A DNA stretch of 64,000 bases from a bacterium. GTDB taxonomy: Bacteria; Synergistota; GBS-1. A program made the translations under genes and the position numbers. Positions within the stretch are counted from its first letter, which is position 1, and every line of letters begins with the position of its first letter. Under the pieces are notes generated by a model that did no database searches, was not told where the DNA came from, and saw nothing but the letters and a program-made list of their open reading frames with translations. The stretch is from the NCBI GenBank assembly GCA_030153785.1, contig JASKLF010000006.1, positions 64,001 through 128,000 on the forward strand, in the 5' to 3' direction. Shown piece by piece: positions 1 to 9,403 of this stretch.

Positions 1-1267
1 ACCCCCCCCAAACAGCCTTGTCTCCTACCTTCTTACCGGGAACAGGTATAAGCCTCACAGCTGTAGTTTTTGAATTAACAACCCCAATAGCCATTTCATC
101 GGCAATTATACAAGCAATTACTTCTTCAGGAACATCACCAGGTATAGCTATCATATCCAAACCGACAGAGCAAACACAGGTCATGGCCTCAAGCTTTGCA
201 AGGGATAATTTCCCTAAAGAAGCACACATTGCCATCTCCGCATCCTCGCTAACAGGAATAAAAGCCCCGCTCAATCCTCCAACGGAAGACGACGCCATTA
301 TACCACCCTTTTTAACCGCATCGTTAAGCAAAGCAAGCGCTGCCGTTGTCCCAGGAAGACCACATCTTTCTATACCCATTGCTTCTATTATTTCCGCCAC
401 GCTATCACCAGGACTTGGAGTAGGAGCAAGGGAAAGATCCACTATTCCAAAAGGTATTCCCAATCTCCCCGCTATTTCCCTTCCTAAAAGTTCCCCCGCC
501 ATAGTAACTTTAAAAGCGGCTCTCTTTATTTCACCCGCTAATGTTCTAAAGTCTGCCCCCTTTAAGTCTTGAACCACAGCCTTTATCACACCAGGGCCAC
601 TGATACCAACATTTATACAATACTCTCCTTCTTGTATACCGTGAAACGCACCTGCCATAAAGGGGTTATCAGATGGAGCATTTGCAAAAACAACAAATTT
701 TGCAGCACCTATTCCATCCCTTGATGCTGTTAACTCCGCTGACCTTTTCACAACCCTTGCACAGAGATTAACAGCATCAACGTTTATCCCAGCTTTCGTT
801 GAAGCAACGTTAGCAAAAGAACATACCTTTTCTGTAGAGGATAGGACTTCCGGAACGATATTTATAAATTGACTTTCCCATTTAGTCATTCCCTTTTCAA
901 CAAGAGCACCAAATCCACCAATGAAATCGACGCTAACTTCGTTCGCTGCAAGCTCTAATACCTTCCCAAGTTCCAACAAGTCTTTCTCGCTGAAGCCCGC
1001 ACTTATCAAAGACACAGGCGTCACAGATATTCTGGAGTTAACTATTGGTATCCCATACTCCTCTTCTACTTCCCTCACAGTCTTAACAAGGTCCTTAGCC
1101 GTGCTGACAATCTTCAGATAAACCTTCTCTATTACCTCCTTAGGATCTTTTCCACGGCAATCTAAAAGAGAAATGCCCAGTGTAATTGTTCTTATGTCAA
1201 GCTTCTCCTCTTTAACCATTTGAATTGTCTCCATTATTTCATTTAAAGAAACAAATCCTTTCTTCAT
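1..1267 (-). CDS. UPF0210/DUF711 (PFL-like) family protein, 3' end outside window
   Basis: Not in ORF track. Minus strand reads [37 protein letters not shown]..., with a later DNPF-like segment ([15 protein letters not shown]). SD GAGGTGA upstream of ATG 1267. Paired with an ACT protein, the usual partner. Confidence 0.85.
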   Translation of the reverse strand, partial: MKKGFVSLNEIMETIQMVKEEKLDIRTITLGISLLDCRGKDPKEVIEKVYLKIVSTAKDLVKTVREVEEEYGIPIVNSRISVTPVSLISAGFSEKDLLELGKVLELAANEVSVDFIGGFGALVEKGMTKWESQFINIVPEVLSSTEKVCSFANVASTKAGINVDAVNLCARVVKRSAELTASRDGIGAAKFVVFANAPSDNPFMAGAFHGIQEGEYCINVGISGPGVIKAVVQDLKGADFRTLAGEIKRAAFKVTMAGELLGREIAGRLGIPFGIVDLSLAPTPSPGDSVAEIIEAMGIERCGLPGTTAALALLNDAVKKGGIMASSSVGGLSGAFIPVSEDAEMAMCASLGKLSLAKLEAMTCVCSVGLDMIAIPGDVPEEVIACIIADEMAIGVVNSKTTAVRLIPVPGKKVGDKAVWGG

Positions 1268-1276
1268 CAAATCACC

Positions 1277-1549
1277 TCAGATCCTATGCATAGCCTTAAA
1301 TATCTCCTCTCGCTGAACCCATACCTCAACTCCCAGCTCTTTTCCCTTTTCCTGTAAAGCCCTTTTAAGCTCAGAAAAAGAACTCGACATGTTCGATATA
1401 TCAACTATCATGGCCATGACAAATATACCCTGCATTATGGTTTGGCTTATATCTTCAATATTAACATTATAGTTAGCAAGCAAACTTGAAATTCCAGCTA
1501 CTATACCAACCCTGTCTACTCCCATAACCGTAACAACAGCTCTCGACAC
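1277..1549 (-). CDS. ACT domain protein (UPF0237)
   Basis: AVVTVMGVDRVGIVAGIS...NIEDISQTIM...QREEIFKAMHRI; adjacent to the UPF0210 gene. Confidence 0.9.
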   Translation of the reverse strand: MSRAVVTVMGVDRVGIVAGISSLLANYNVNIEDISQTIMQGIFVMAMIVDISNMSSSFSELKRALQEKGKELGVEVWVQREEIFKAMHRI

Positions 1550-1561
1550 CTTTCCTCCCCC

Positions 1562-2416
1562 CTAAAGCAAATGAAGTCCCTCTATCAAGTGGAACACATT
1601 TTGAATATCCTTGGTCAAATCAATCTGAAGAACGGAAAGCTTTGCCTTCTCATACCCATAACGAGCAGAGAAAATGGAGATTAGCTTATCAGAAAAGACC
1701 TTATGTCCCTTATCCCCTACAAATTGATGCCCCCGAACCATTACCTTAGCTCCAACAACCTTTAGAAACTCCTCCAAATCATACTCTGAAAAGGCTTTCG
1801 TTCCTCCCCCTCTTGGAACATAGTCCTCATCCAAAGGATCATTCCAGAGAAGCTGAAATTCTTCCTTCCCCTTCGCTATCTCTTCAAGAGTAATAGGGGG
1901 AACGGTGGCGCCTCCATGAACCAAAATAATCTTATCAGGAACATAGGCACATACAGGTAAAATTTCGTATATCTCCCTTAACTCGGCATACAAACTCTGG
2001 CTTTCCGGACCTAACTTCCAATATAGTTCTGACAAGAAACCATAAAATCGATTCATATTCAAATCCTCATGATTTCCTCTAAGTAATATCAACCGCCTGC
2101 CCAAGTTTTTTCTTAGCTCAAAAAGTTCCTCGAAAACCTCAAGCCCCTCATTCCCCCTGTCCACATAATCGCCTAAGAAAAGAATATGATCTTTTTCTCT
2201 ATCAAACCTATCAAATATAAAATCAAGTATCTCTTGAAGCGAGTCAGCTTCTCCATGGATGTCTCCGACCACAAAGAGGTTCCCTCTTGGAGGAATAACG
2301 ACGAGCTTACCAAAGAAACGAACCTCCTCTACATCAAAGGTCAATCTCTCAGGGGATTCTCTCTCTCTCAAAAGGTCACTCTTTACGTCCTTAAGCAGCT
2401 TCAATAAGCTCTCCAT
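1562..2416 (-). CDS. PPP-family Ser/Thr protein phosphatase (calcineurin-like metallophosphoesterase)
   Basis: GDIHG, GDYVDRG, RGNHE, HGG, LLWNDP, RGHQ and SIFSA motifs. Confidence 0.85.
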   Translation of the reverse strand: MESLLKLLKDVKSDLLRERESPERLTFDVEEVRFFGKLVVIPPRGNLFVVGDIHGEADSLQEILDFIFDRFDREKDHILFLGDYVDRGNEGLEVFEELFELRKNLGRRLILLRGNHEDLNMNRFYGFLSELYWKLGPESQSLYAELREIYEILPVCAYVPDKIILVHGGATVPPITLEEIAKGKEEFQLLWNDPLDEDYVPRGGGTKAFSEYDLEEFLKVVGAKVMVRGHQFVGDKGHKVFSDKLISIFSARYGYEKAKLSVLQIDLTKDIQNVFHLIEGLHLL

Positions 2417-3386
2417 TTAAGACTCCCCTCTTAAACTTATCTTGCCATCTTCCACATCTATCTCCCCAACACGCCAAAGGTTCAGAATTTCTATATATTA
2501 CCACAATTTCACATCTGTTAGGACACGCTTTACATTCAAAAGATGAGGTCTTAAAGTTTTCTTCTACTATTTGAAAACCCCTAAAAGATGTACTTACTCC
2601 CTCCTCCTCGATAAACTTTTTAGCCAATATAGCCATACCTAACGCTCCCATAACATTAAAGTATTTCGGGACATAAACAGGCGTACCAAGTTCTTTCTCA
2701 AAAGCCCTTCTTATTCCAAGGTTAGCAGCAACCCCACCTTGAAAGACATAGGGAGGCTGCAAATCCTTCCCTTTCGCAACATTAGCAAGATAGTTTCTTA
2801 CAAGCGCGTCACAAAGCCCTGCGATTATATCTTCAACCGCATACCCCATCTGTTGCTTGTGAATCATGTCAGACTCAGCAAAAACGGTGCAGCGCCCAGC
2901 TATCCTAACAGGATTTTTGCTCCTTAAAGCATATTCTCCAAATCTTTCTATTTCGATACCAAGCCTTTGAGCTTGATGGTCAAGAAAAGAACCCGTTCCA
3001 GCCGCACAGACTGTATTCATCGCAAAATCAACCACTACACCATCTCTTATTATTATTATCTTGGAATCCTGCCCCCCAATCTCAAACACGGTCCTCACAT
3101 CAGGAACTTCATGGATGGCAGCAATAGCATGCGCCGTTATCTCATTCTTAATTATGTCAGCACCAGTTATTACACCCGCAAGAAATCTTGCACTACCAGT
3201 CGTTCCCACCCCACAAACCTGCAAGCCATTTATATCTTTCTCAACAAGCTTTAACCCGTTGAGCAATGCATTAATTGGTCTACCCGCTGTTCTTATATAA
3301 ATAGCCGAAAGCACTTCATAGTTCTCAGAAAGGGCAACTATATTAGTGCTAACCGAGCCGATATCTATACCTAAATAAACCTTCAT
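2391..3386 (-). CDS. 2-hydroxyacyl-CoA dehydratase activase-like ASKHA ATPase (HgdC/BadF/BcrA family)
   Basis: GIDIGSVST, EIGGQDSK, MNTVCAAGTGSFL, RCTVFAESD, GGVAAN; C-terminal CKACPNRC...GDRCG. Confidence 0.88.
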   Translation of the reverse strand: MKVYLGIDIGSVSTNIVALSENYEVLSAIYIRTAGRPINALLNGLKLVEKDINGLQVCGVGTTGSARFLAGVITGADIIKNEITAHAIAAIHEVPDVRTVFEIGGQDSKIIIIRDGVVVDFAMNTVCAAGTGSFLDHQAQRLGIEIERFGEYALRSKNPVRIAGRCTVFAESDMIHKQQMGYAVEDIIAGLCDALVRNYLANVAKGKDLQPPYVFQGGVAANLGIRRAFEKELGTPVYVPKYFNVMGALGMAILAKKFIEEEGVSTSFRGFQIVEENFKTSSFECKACPNRCEIVVIYRNSEPLACWGDRCGRWQDKFKRGVLNGELIEAA

Positions 3387-4354
3387 GCTCTAGCCCTCCC
3401 CTTCTTCCATCTTACAAGGTCGGTAAAAGCTTCAAGACGAGTTACTAATCCAGCCTCGGCTGTGTGCTCATCCACAACTATTCGCATGAGGGGTTTACCA
3501 TGCTTTTTAGCTTCAAACTCTATAAGCCTCCCTACCCACGCATCGGTCCCACAAGAAAAAGAAGATATATGAATCACCCCTTCTACCTCAGGTCTCTTAA
3601 AAAGATAAAAAGCCGCCCCAAGCACCTTATTACTCTGAGACCAAAAAAGAGGTTTAAACAAAGCTCTAAGGTTCTTCTCTATTTCTTTGGGATTCACCAT
3701 TTCCGGCGTGATTACATTAAAGCCTAAATTAGTTAATCTCTTTATCAAAGAATGGCTAACATAATCATCGTAGATAAGATAAGGGTAACCAACCACCCCT
3801 ATTGAAGATCCATGTTTTTTTTCTCTTTCTTTGACTTCTCGGTTTTCCAAAGCAATCGTTCTCGCTTCGTCAGGCAAAAATCCAAGTTTCATTAATTCAA
3901 AAACTCTTATGGATGCTTCCCTTGCCCTTCTATAGGCTCTCAATATCTTCCCCAAATCGCTACCTAACTTTCTGCCAACTTTCCAATAAAAAGAAAACCT
4001 GCGCCATGAAGTTCCAAGATAAGCGTTAACTGAAAAGACATCCGGAACGGAAACCCTTATAATATCTGGTAGTCCTCTGAATTTAGGACAAAGCGTTATT
4101 CTTTTCCATCGATCAAGATTCATTAAGCGAGGAGCAAAAATGGTTTCCACCCTATTTTTTAGATACATAGAGTGTCCCACAGTAAGCTTAAGCGATATAC
4201 AAGCTTCATTAACCCCCTCCTTAACACCCATGTCTAATATCTCTTTATTGGTAGGAGGAGAAAGTTCTACACTATGTCCAAGGCTTTCCAAAAAAACCTT
4301 CCACTCCGTTAAAAAGGGCTCATAATAAAGACCTCGTGGGATACCAAATCTCAA
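3383..4354 (-). CDS. Activase-related Fe-S protein (DUF2229-like)
   Basis: GIPRGL, EACISLK..GH, LCPKFRGLPD, FSCGTD, DEHTAEAGLVTRLEAF. Confidence 0.75.
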   Translation of the reverse strand: MRFGIPRGLYYEPFLTEWKVFLESLGHSVELSPPTNKEILDMGVKEGVNEACISLKLTVGHSMYLKNRVETIFAPRLMNLDRWKRITLCPKFRGLPDIIRVSVPDVFSVNAYLGTSWRRFSFYWKVGRKLGSDLGKILRAYRRAREASIRVFELMKLGFLPDEARTIALENREVKEREKKHGSSIGVVGYPYLIYDDYVSHSLIKRLTNLGFNVITPEMVNPKEIEKNLRALFKPLFWSQSNKVLGAAFYLFKRPEVEGVIHISSFSCGTDAWVGRLIEFEAKKHGKPLMRIVVDEHTAEAGLVTRLEAFTDLVRWKKGRARA

Positions 4355-5484
4355 GCTGCAAGCCTCCTTCTCATCTGAAGAAGATCTATAAAAGCCTCCA
4401 AACGCGTTATCAATCCAGCTTCGCCAGTAAACTCATCAAAAGATAAACTTAAAACTGGGATATCAAGCTCCCTACTAACCCTTTCTAAGATGCTACGAGC
4501 TACCACCTCAGGCATACAGGAAAAGGGTAAAATATGCACCACCCCATCAAAACCTTTTTTCTTAAACATTACCGTATGAGCAACCGTTTCTCTCCCATGT
4601 CCACCAACAAATTCATTTAGAAAAGGTTTAGAATACTTTTCTATTTCCTCTTTACCCTTGTATCCAACTATCTGTTTTAACGGAAAAGGTAACCCTGGAA
4701 ATATATTATACTCTATAAACTCGGTTGTCCAAACAGCCCTTTCGATTTCAACTCCACGCTCATTCAAAAGCTTCTCCGTGTTTAAATTAGAAAAAGGTTC
4801 CAAAATGGTGTATATCTCTCCCACAACACCAACCTTCAATACATTATCCCTTTCGGGTGGAATAGATTCCATCTTCTCTCGGGCTTCTTCAAAAATCCTG
4901 TCAACCTCATCTAAGTCCCTAGAAAGGTTCATCTTATCTATTGCACTCTTAAATATCGCCTCAACCTTTGATGAATCCTTAACCCACGCCCTTTTCTTTA
5001 AAAGAAGAGCTTCTAATTCCTCTACCCTCTTAAGCTTCCTCCAAGCAAGCTTAAATCCTCTAACAAGTCTTTTTATAAAATCCCTCCAAGAAAGTTCACT
5101 TTTCCATTTAAGAACTATATCCCAAACCCTCTTAAAACTACCGTAAGGCTTAACAGGAGGATCCAGTAAAATGAAATCGAAATTATATCCCAATTCCTCT
5201 TTCAATATTTTCTCATACATTACACCATAAAATCCATACCTACATGGGCCTATGCCTCCCGCTGTTATTATAGTATCCACCTTTCCGGTTTCGAGAGCTT
5301 CTATCAAGTTTCCCAAAGTAATCTTAAAAGGAAAGCACGCAAATTCAGGAGCATGTTTAACGCCAAGGTCAAGGGTTCTTTTAGTCAGCGGTAGAGGTTC
5401 AAAAAATTCATGTCCTAACTCATCAAAAACTGCCCTAAAACCTATATAACTGTAACCCATCCTTGGAAGAGTCACTTTTCTCAT
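4351..5484 (-). CDS. Activase-related / 2-hydroxyacyl-CoA dehydratase-like Fe-S protein
   Basis: PEFACFPFK, GPCRYG, VGEIY, GGHG, PFSCMPE, DEFTGEAGLITRLEAF. Confidence 0.75.
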   Translation of the reverse strand: MRKVTLPRMGYSYIGFRAVFDELGHEFFEPLPLTKRTLDLGVKHAPEFACFPFKITLGNLIEALETGKVDTIITAGGIGPCRYGFYGVMYEKILKEELGYNFDFILLDPPVKPYGSFKRVWDIVLKWKSELSWRDFIKRLVRGFKLAWRKLKRVEELEALLLKKRAWVKDSSKVEAIFKSAIDKMNLSRDLDEVDRIFEEAREKMESIPPERDNVLKVGVVGEIYTILEPFSNLNTEKLLNERGVEIERAVWTTEFIEYNIFPGLPFPLKQIVGYKGKEEIEKYSKPFLNEFVGGHGRETVAHTVMFKKKGFDGVVHILPFSCMPEVVARSILERVSRELDIPVLSLSFDEFTGEAGLITRLEAFIDLLQMRRRLAA

Positions 5485-6788
5485 TCCCCATCGAGCTCCT
5501 TAAAACGAGAAAATATATAATCCACCTTCCTGAGTATGTTCTTAAAATCAAAAGACTCCTCCAAGTCCTCGCTTGTTAAAAACTGAGCCACTTCTTCATC
5601 GCTCAAAAGTAAATCTTTAAAGCTCTTCTTATCTTTCCAGGCCTTAATGGAAATTCTCTGAACTATATCATAAGCTTTATTCCTTGGAACCCCTTTTGAA
5701 AGAAGCTTGGTTAAAATTTCGCTTGAGAAAATCAATCCTTTCGTTAAGTCAAGATTCTCTCTCATTTTATCCCTGTCAATTTCAAGCCCCTCCAAAATTC
5801 TTTTAAGAAGATCAAGCATGTAGAACAAAACGCTTGTAGTCTGAGGAAGAGAAAAGCGCTCAAAAGAAGAATGAGAAATGTCTCTTTCGTGCCACAATGC
5901 TATATTCTCAAAGCTTGGGGAGAGAAAGCCTCGTAATAAACGAGAAAGACCACAGAGCCTTTCACAGAGAACGGGATTTCTCTTGTGCGGCATAGCAGAG
6001 GAACCTCTCTGCCCCTTATAGAACGGCTCATAAACTTCGCTAACTTCCGTCCTCTGAAGGTGTCTAATTTCAAGCGCTATTCTCTCACAAAAAGAACCTA
6101 AAAGAGCTAAAACCGAGATTAAAAAAGCATATCTATCACGAGGTATTATCTGAGTCGAAATGGGTTCCACCTTTAACCCCAAAGCGCTACAAACATACTC
6201 CTCTACACGAGGATCTAACATCGAATATGTTCCAACAGCTCCAGATATTTTTCCATAAGATATTTCCTCCTCGGCAAGGTCAAGCCTTTTCATATTTCTT
6301 AAAAGTTCACTGTAAAATCCCAACAACTTTAAACCAAAGGTTATAGGCTCTGCATGAATTCCATGGGTTCTTCCAGCCTGAACGGCATCTTTATACTCTA
6401 AAGCCCGGGCATAAAGCAATTCTTTCAGCTCAAGTGTTTTCCTTTTTATAGCACCTATGGCCTCCTTTAAGAGTAAAGCATTTGCAGTATCTATTACATC
6501 AGAAGATGTCAAACCATAATGGAGGTAAGGAGAAAGCTCTTCGCCAATGCTTTCCTCTACAGACCTCAAAAAAGCTATAACATCGTGACGATAGATTTTT
6601 TCAAACTCCTCTATTTTCTGTAAGTCAAAAGAGGCTCGCTCTCTCATCCTCTTAGGAACATCGGGAGGAAAAACGCCTATCTTAGCCCACCCCTCAGCGA
6701 CAAGGAGCTCTATTTCTAACCACTTATTAAACTTGTTCTCCTCAGACCATATACTTTCCATTTCCGGCAATAGATACCGCTTTATAAT
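5481..6788 (-). CDS. purB: Adenylosuccinate lyase; start probably ATT at 6788 (ORF track uses TTG 6770)
   Basis: HDVIAF, HYGLTSSDV, GRTHG, GSSAMPHKRNP, HERDISHS; in-frame upstream IKRY matches the family MIxRY N-terminus. Confidence 0.95.
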   Translation of the reverse strand: MIKRYLLPEMESIWSEENKFNKWLEIELLVAEGWAKIGVFPPDVPKRMRERASFDLQKIEEFEKIYRHDVIAFLRSVEESIGEELSPYLHYGLTSSDVIDTANALLLKEAIGAIKRKTLELKELLYARALEYKDAVQAGRTHGIHAEPITFGLKLLGFYSELLRNMKRLDLAEEEISYGKISGAVGTYSMLDPRVEEYVCSALGLKVEPISTQIIPRDRYAFLISVLALLGSFCERIALEIRHLQRTEVSEVYEPFYKGQRGSSAMPHKRNPVLCERLCGLSRLLRGFLSPSFENIALWHERDISHSSFERFSLPQTTSVLFYMLDLLKRILEGLEIDRDKMRENLDLTKGLIFSSEILTKLLSKGVPRNKAYDIVQRISIKAWKDKKSFKDLLLSDEEVAQFLTSEDLEESFDFKNILRKVDYIFSRFKELDGE

Positions 6789-7648
6789 CTTAGAACCCTC
6801 CCTTCGTAAAATTCCAGTGCTTCAAAACCAAACTCGCCACTTACAAAAAGAAAGTCTGGTTTTAATAAAGACGCTATCTCCTGCACCTTTCCCTTGAAGG
6901 AAAAAACGTAATCTATAAGGTCTACATGAGACAGAGCCTCAGCTTCTTCTCTATCTCCTAAAACAGCGAGAATGAGAACATCTACATTCTTTCTTGCCTT
7001 CTGAACAAGCTCCATTATCTCTATTATATCTCTTTTTCTCTTGATAACCAAAACTCCTTTTGTCTTTTGAAGTTCCCCCAATACTCCTTTTAGTGCCCAT
7101 AAGGTGGTTAACTTCGAAGTTGGTGGAAAAGAAGATCTTAAATCCTCAAAATACTTTTTCCTGATTTTCAAAAAAAACTCGTGGTATTCCTCACTTCTAT
7201 AATCTGGATATGTATAATCAAAGGGAATATATCTTCCATCCTTGAATCTCAAGGTAACTTCCGCGTAGATACCCTTGCCAATGTATATTCTATGAGCCTG
7301 GTCCTTCGTTGTAGCCAACACAAGCTTGCCACCTTCTATATACCCAGGATCTAAGTTGATCTTCCTTTGTTCTCCTTCCAGTCTGTTAGTAAACCGCTTG
7401 ATATCCACTATTTGCTCGGGAGATATCAAAGGGACAAAAGAAACGAAAACTCTTTTAAGGTCGGAGCCCAGCTCTTCCTCATAATAGTTAGTCCACTTAA
7501 AAGGTATCTCTTCGCTTTCAAGGTCTATCTCTCCCAAACTACTAACAAGGGAATCCCTTATCTCATCAAAGGCTCTTCTATCTCCATATAAAATTCCCAC
7601 AAAAAGCTTGACCGGAAAAGGAGGACGTTCCTTTCCCAATTTATTCAC
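6782..7648 (-). CDS. DUF4416 family protein with extra C-terminal domain
   Basis: TNYYEEELG, RKINLDPGY, LATTKDQAHRIY.GKGIYAEVTL, YTYPDY. Confidence 0.75.
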   Translation of the reverse strand: MNKLGKERPPFPVKLFVGILYGDRRAFDEIRDSLVSSLGEIDLESEEIPFKWTNYYEEELGSDLKRVFVSFVPLISPEQIVDIKRFTNRLEGEQRKINLDPGYIEGGKLVLATTKDQAHRIYIGKGIYAEVTLRFKDGRYIPFDYTYPDYRSEEYHEFFLKIRKKYFEDLRSSFPPTSKLTTLWALKGVLGELQKTKGVLVIKRKRDIIEIMELVQKARKNVDVLILAVLGDREEAEALSHVDLIDYVFSFKGKVQEIASLLKPDFLFVSGEFGFEALEFYEGRVLRL

Positions 7649-9321
7649 TCCTTTATCTTAAACTTTTTAAGCTTGTACTGTAGGGTTTGCCTGGGTATAC
7701 CAAGAAGTTTAGCAGTTTTACTTACATTTCCATTACAATAGGAAAACACTTCTTTGATAATCTCTCTCTCTTTTTCTTCCAACATCTCCTTCAAGGTCAA
7801 TCCCGCCTTCAAACCTCCTAAGGAAAACTCATTTTCAGCCATTTCTAAAAGGCTTCTAAAGTTTTCCTTTAAATTCATCTTCTTTAATTTTTCTGTAATA
7901 GTTTTTGTTACCTCAATATCCGGGAATTTCTCCTTCAAGAAATTTTCTGCCTCGTCCCAGCGCTGTAATAAAGGAGGAAGATACAAAACATCCTTAAAAC
8001 AGCCATCCAAAAACGGGGAAAAACACGCTAACGGCAACCTTGATGTAACAACGCTCTTATGTTCCCTTATAAGCTCTATCAAGGACGACCGCTCTTCATC
8101 GGTAAATGAGTCCAGATTTTCCACAAAAATAATGGTATCCTCTCTGATCGGTCCAATAAAATAGCCTGGTTTCAAGACCACTACATCTCTTAGGCCCTCC
8201 AACAGCTTCAAACCAAGAAGGGTTTTACCTGTCCCCTTATCCCCCCAAATAAATACGCTTCCCTCTTTAAAAGCCTCCAAAGCCATCGAAAAAGCTGTTC
8301 TCGTTACCTCTCCAAGCTCTAACCATTCTTGTGTTTCAGAAAAAGAAATGGACGGCTCCAAGGAAACCAATTCCATCGCTCCAGCCGTCTCATCTCCCAC
8401 CTTAACTGGGAAAGCCATCCTCTTTAAACAACGCTTTCCCTCCCAAAACAAGCCAGAAAATTCTCTGCCTTCCTTCAAACTCCTGTATATGGGAAAGCGA
8501 CTCCAGGAATCGCCAAAAACTTCCTGTGCCAATTTGCCAACCAGAGATTTAACTCCCGACAATTGCTCAAAGGATTTGTTGGAAAAAATCACTTTCCCCT
8601 GAGCATCAACACACCATATTCCTTCATTTATAAAATCCATTATTCTTTCAAAACTCCTATGAATACCAGCAAGCTTAGAGGCTCTAAACAAAAGGTTATC
8701 AATTACCGTTATATCTTCCCAAAGGAAAGCCCACAAGCCAACACGACCGCCATTTCCTAAGGGAACCGAAATTCCCTCCCACTTTTTACCTCCAAAAGAA
8801 AGACTTAGATTTCGTAATGAAGCAATATTTTCCTTTATTCTATCCCTGTGCCAGATTAGCATCTCTTCCCTCTCAAAATTCCTCTTGAACAAAGAATTAG
8901 AATAAACTACCTCACCGCTTTCATTAAATATACCTAAAGCAAAAGGAATCTTCTCCAAAAGATCAAATAGTAAAGAAGGAGAAAAGGCTTTTCTCCCACC
9001 TAAAGCTTCCATAAACTCTGCACCCGTCCAGAAACAACTTAGATCTCCCTCTGTAGTCACCACAGGAAGTTTAAGCTCTCCATTATTTAGTAGCTCGTAT
9101 ATATAAGACTTAGCCTCATTAATGTCGTCCATCAAGAACAAGATAACATCTCTTGACAACCCTTGATCTAAATCTCTAATATCGCCCCCTGTTAAACTTA
9201 CAACCTTGCTTTTAAGTAAAGCTCCTTTTATGCTACCCCCTTCGTCAACGACCGGGATAAAATCTACCATATGCCTGTAAAACAAGCGCAACAATTTTCG
9301 CAAGGTAAGCTTTTCCAACAC
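7645..9321 (-). CDS. CBS-PAS sensor with degenerate NtrC-like AAA+ domain and Fis-type HTH
   Basis: CBS-like IPVVDEGG and LPVVTTEG; two PAS-like segments; Walker A GDKGTGKT; C-terminal GNVSKTAKLLGIPRQTLQYKLKK. Confidence 0.7.
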   Translation of the reverse strand: MLEKLTLRKLLRLFYRHMVDFIPVVDEGGSIKGALLKSKVVSLTGGDIRDLDQGLSRDVILFLMDDINEAKSYIYELLNNGELKLPVVTTEGDLSCFWTGAEFMEALGGRKAFSPSLLFDLLEKIPFALGIFNESGEVVYSNSLFKRNFEREEMLIWHRDRIKENIASLRNLSLSFGGKKWEGISVPLGNGGRVGLWAFLWEDITVIDNLLFRASKLAGIHRSFERIMDFINEGIWCVDAQGKVIFSNKSFEQLSGVKSLVGKLAQEVFGDSWSRFPIYRSLKEGREFSGLFWEGKRCLKRMAFPVKVGDETAGAMELVSLEPSISFSETQEWLELGEVTRTAFSMALEAFKEGSVFIWGDKGTGKTLLGLKLLEGLRDVVVLKPGYFIGPIREDTIIFVENLDSFTDEERSSLIELIREHKSVVTSRLPLACFSPFLDGCFKDVLYLPPLLQRWDEAENFLKEKFPDIEVTKTITEKLKKMNLKENFRSLLEMAENEFSLGGLKAGLTLKEMLEEKEREIIKEVFSYCNGNVSKTAKLLGIPRQTLQYKLKKFKIKE

Positions 9322-9403
9322 GATCCCCCCATCTGCTGATTTTTAGGCATTAACTAGTATAACTTCCATAGGCTCTTTTCAATAGTGACCCTTGTCCTTC
9401 CCC

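Noticed and set aside
18..1121. Plus-strand ORFs 18..572 and 921..1121
   Set aside because: Antisense shadows of the UPF0210 gene on the minus strand; no recognisable motifs.
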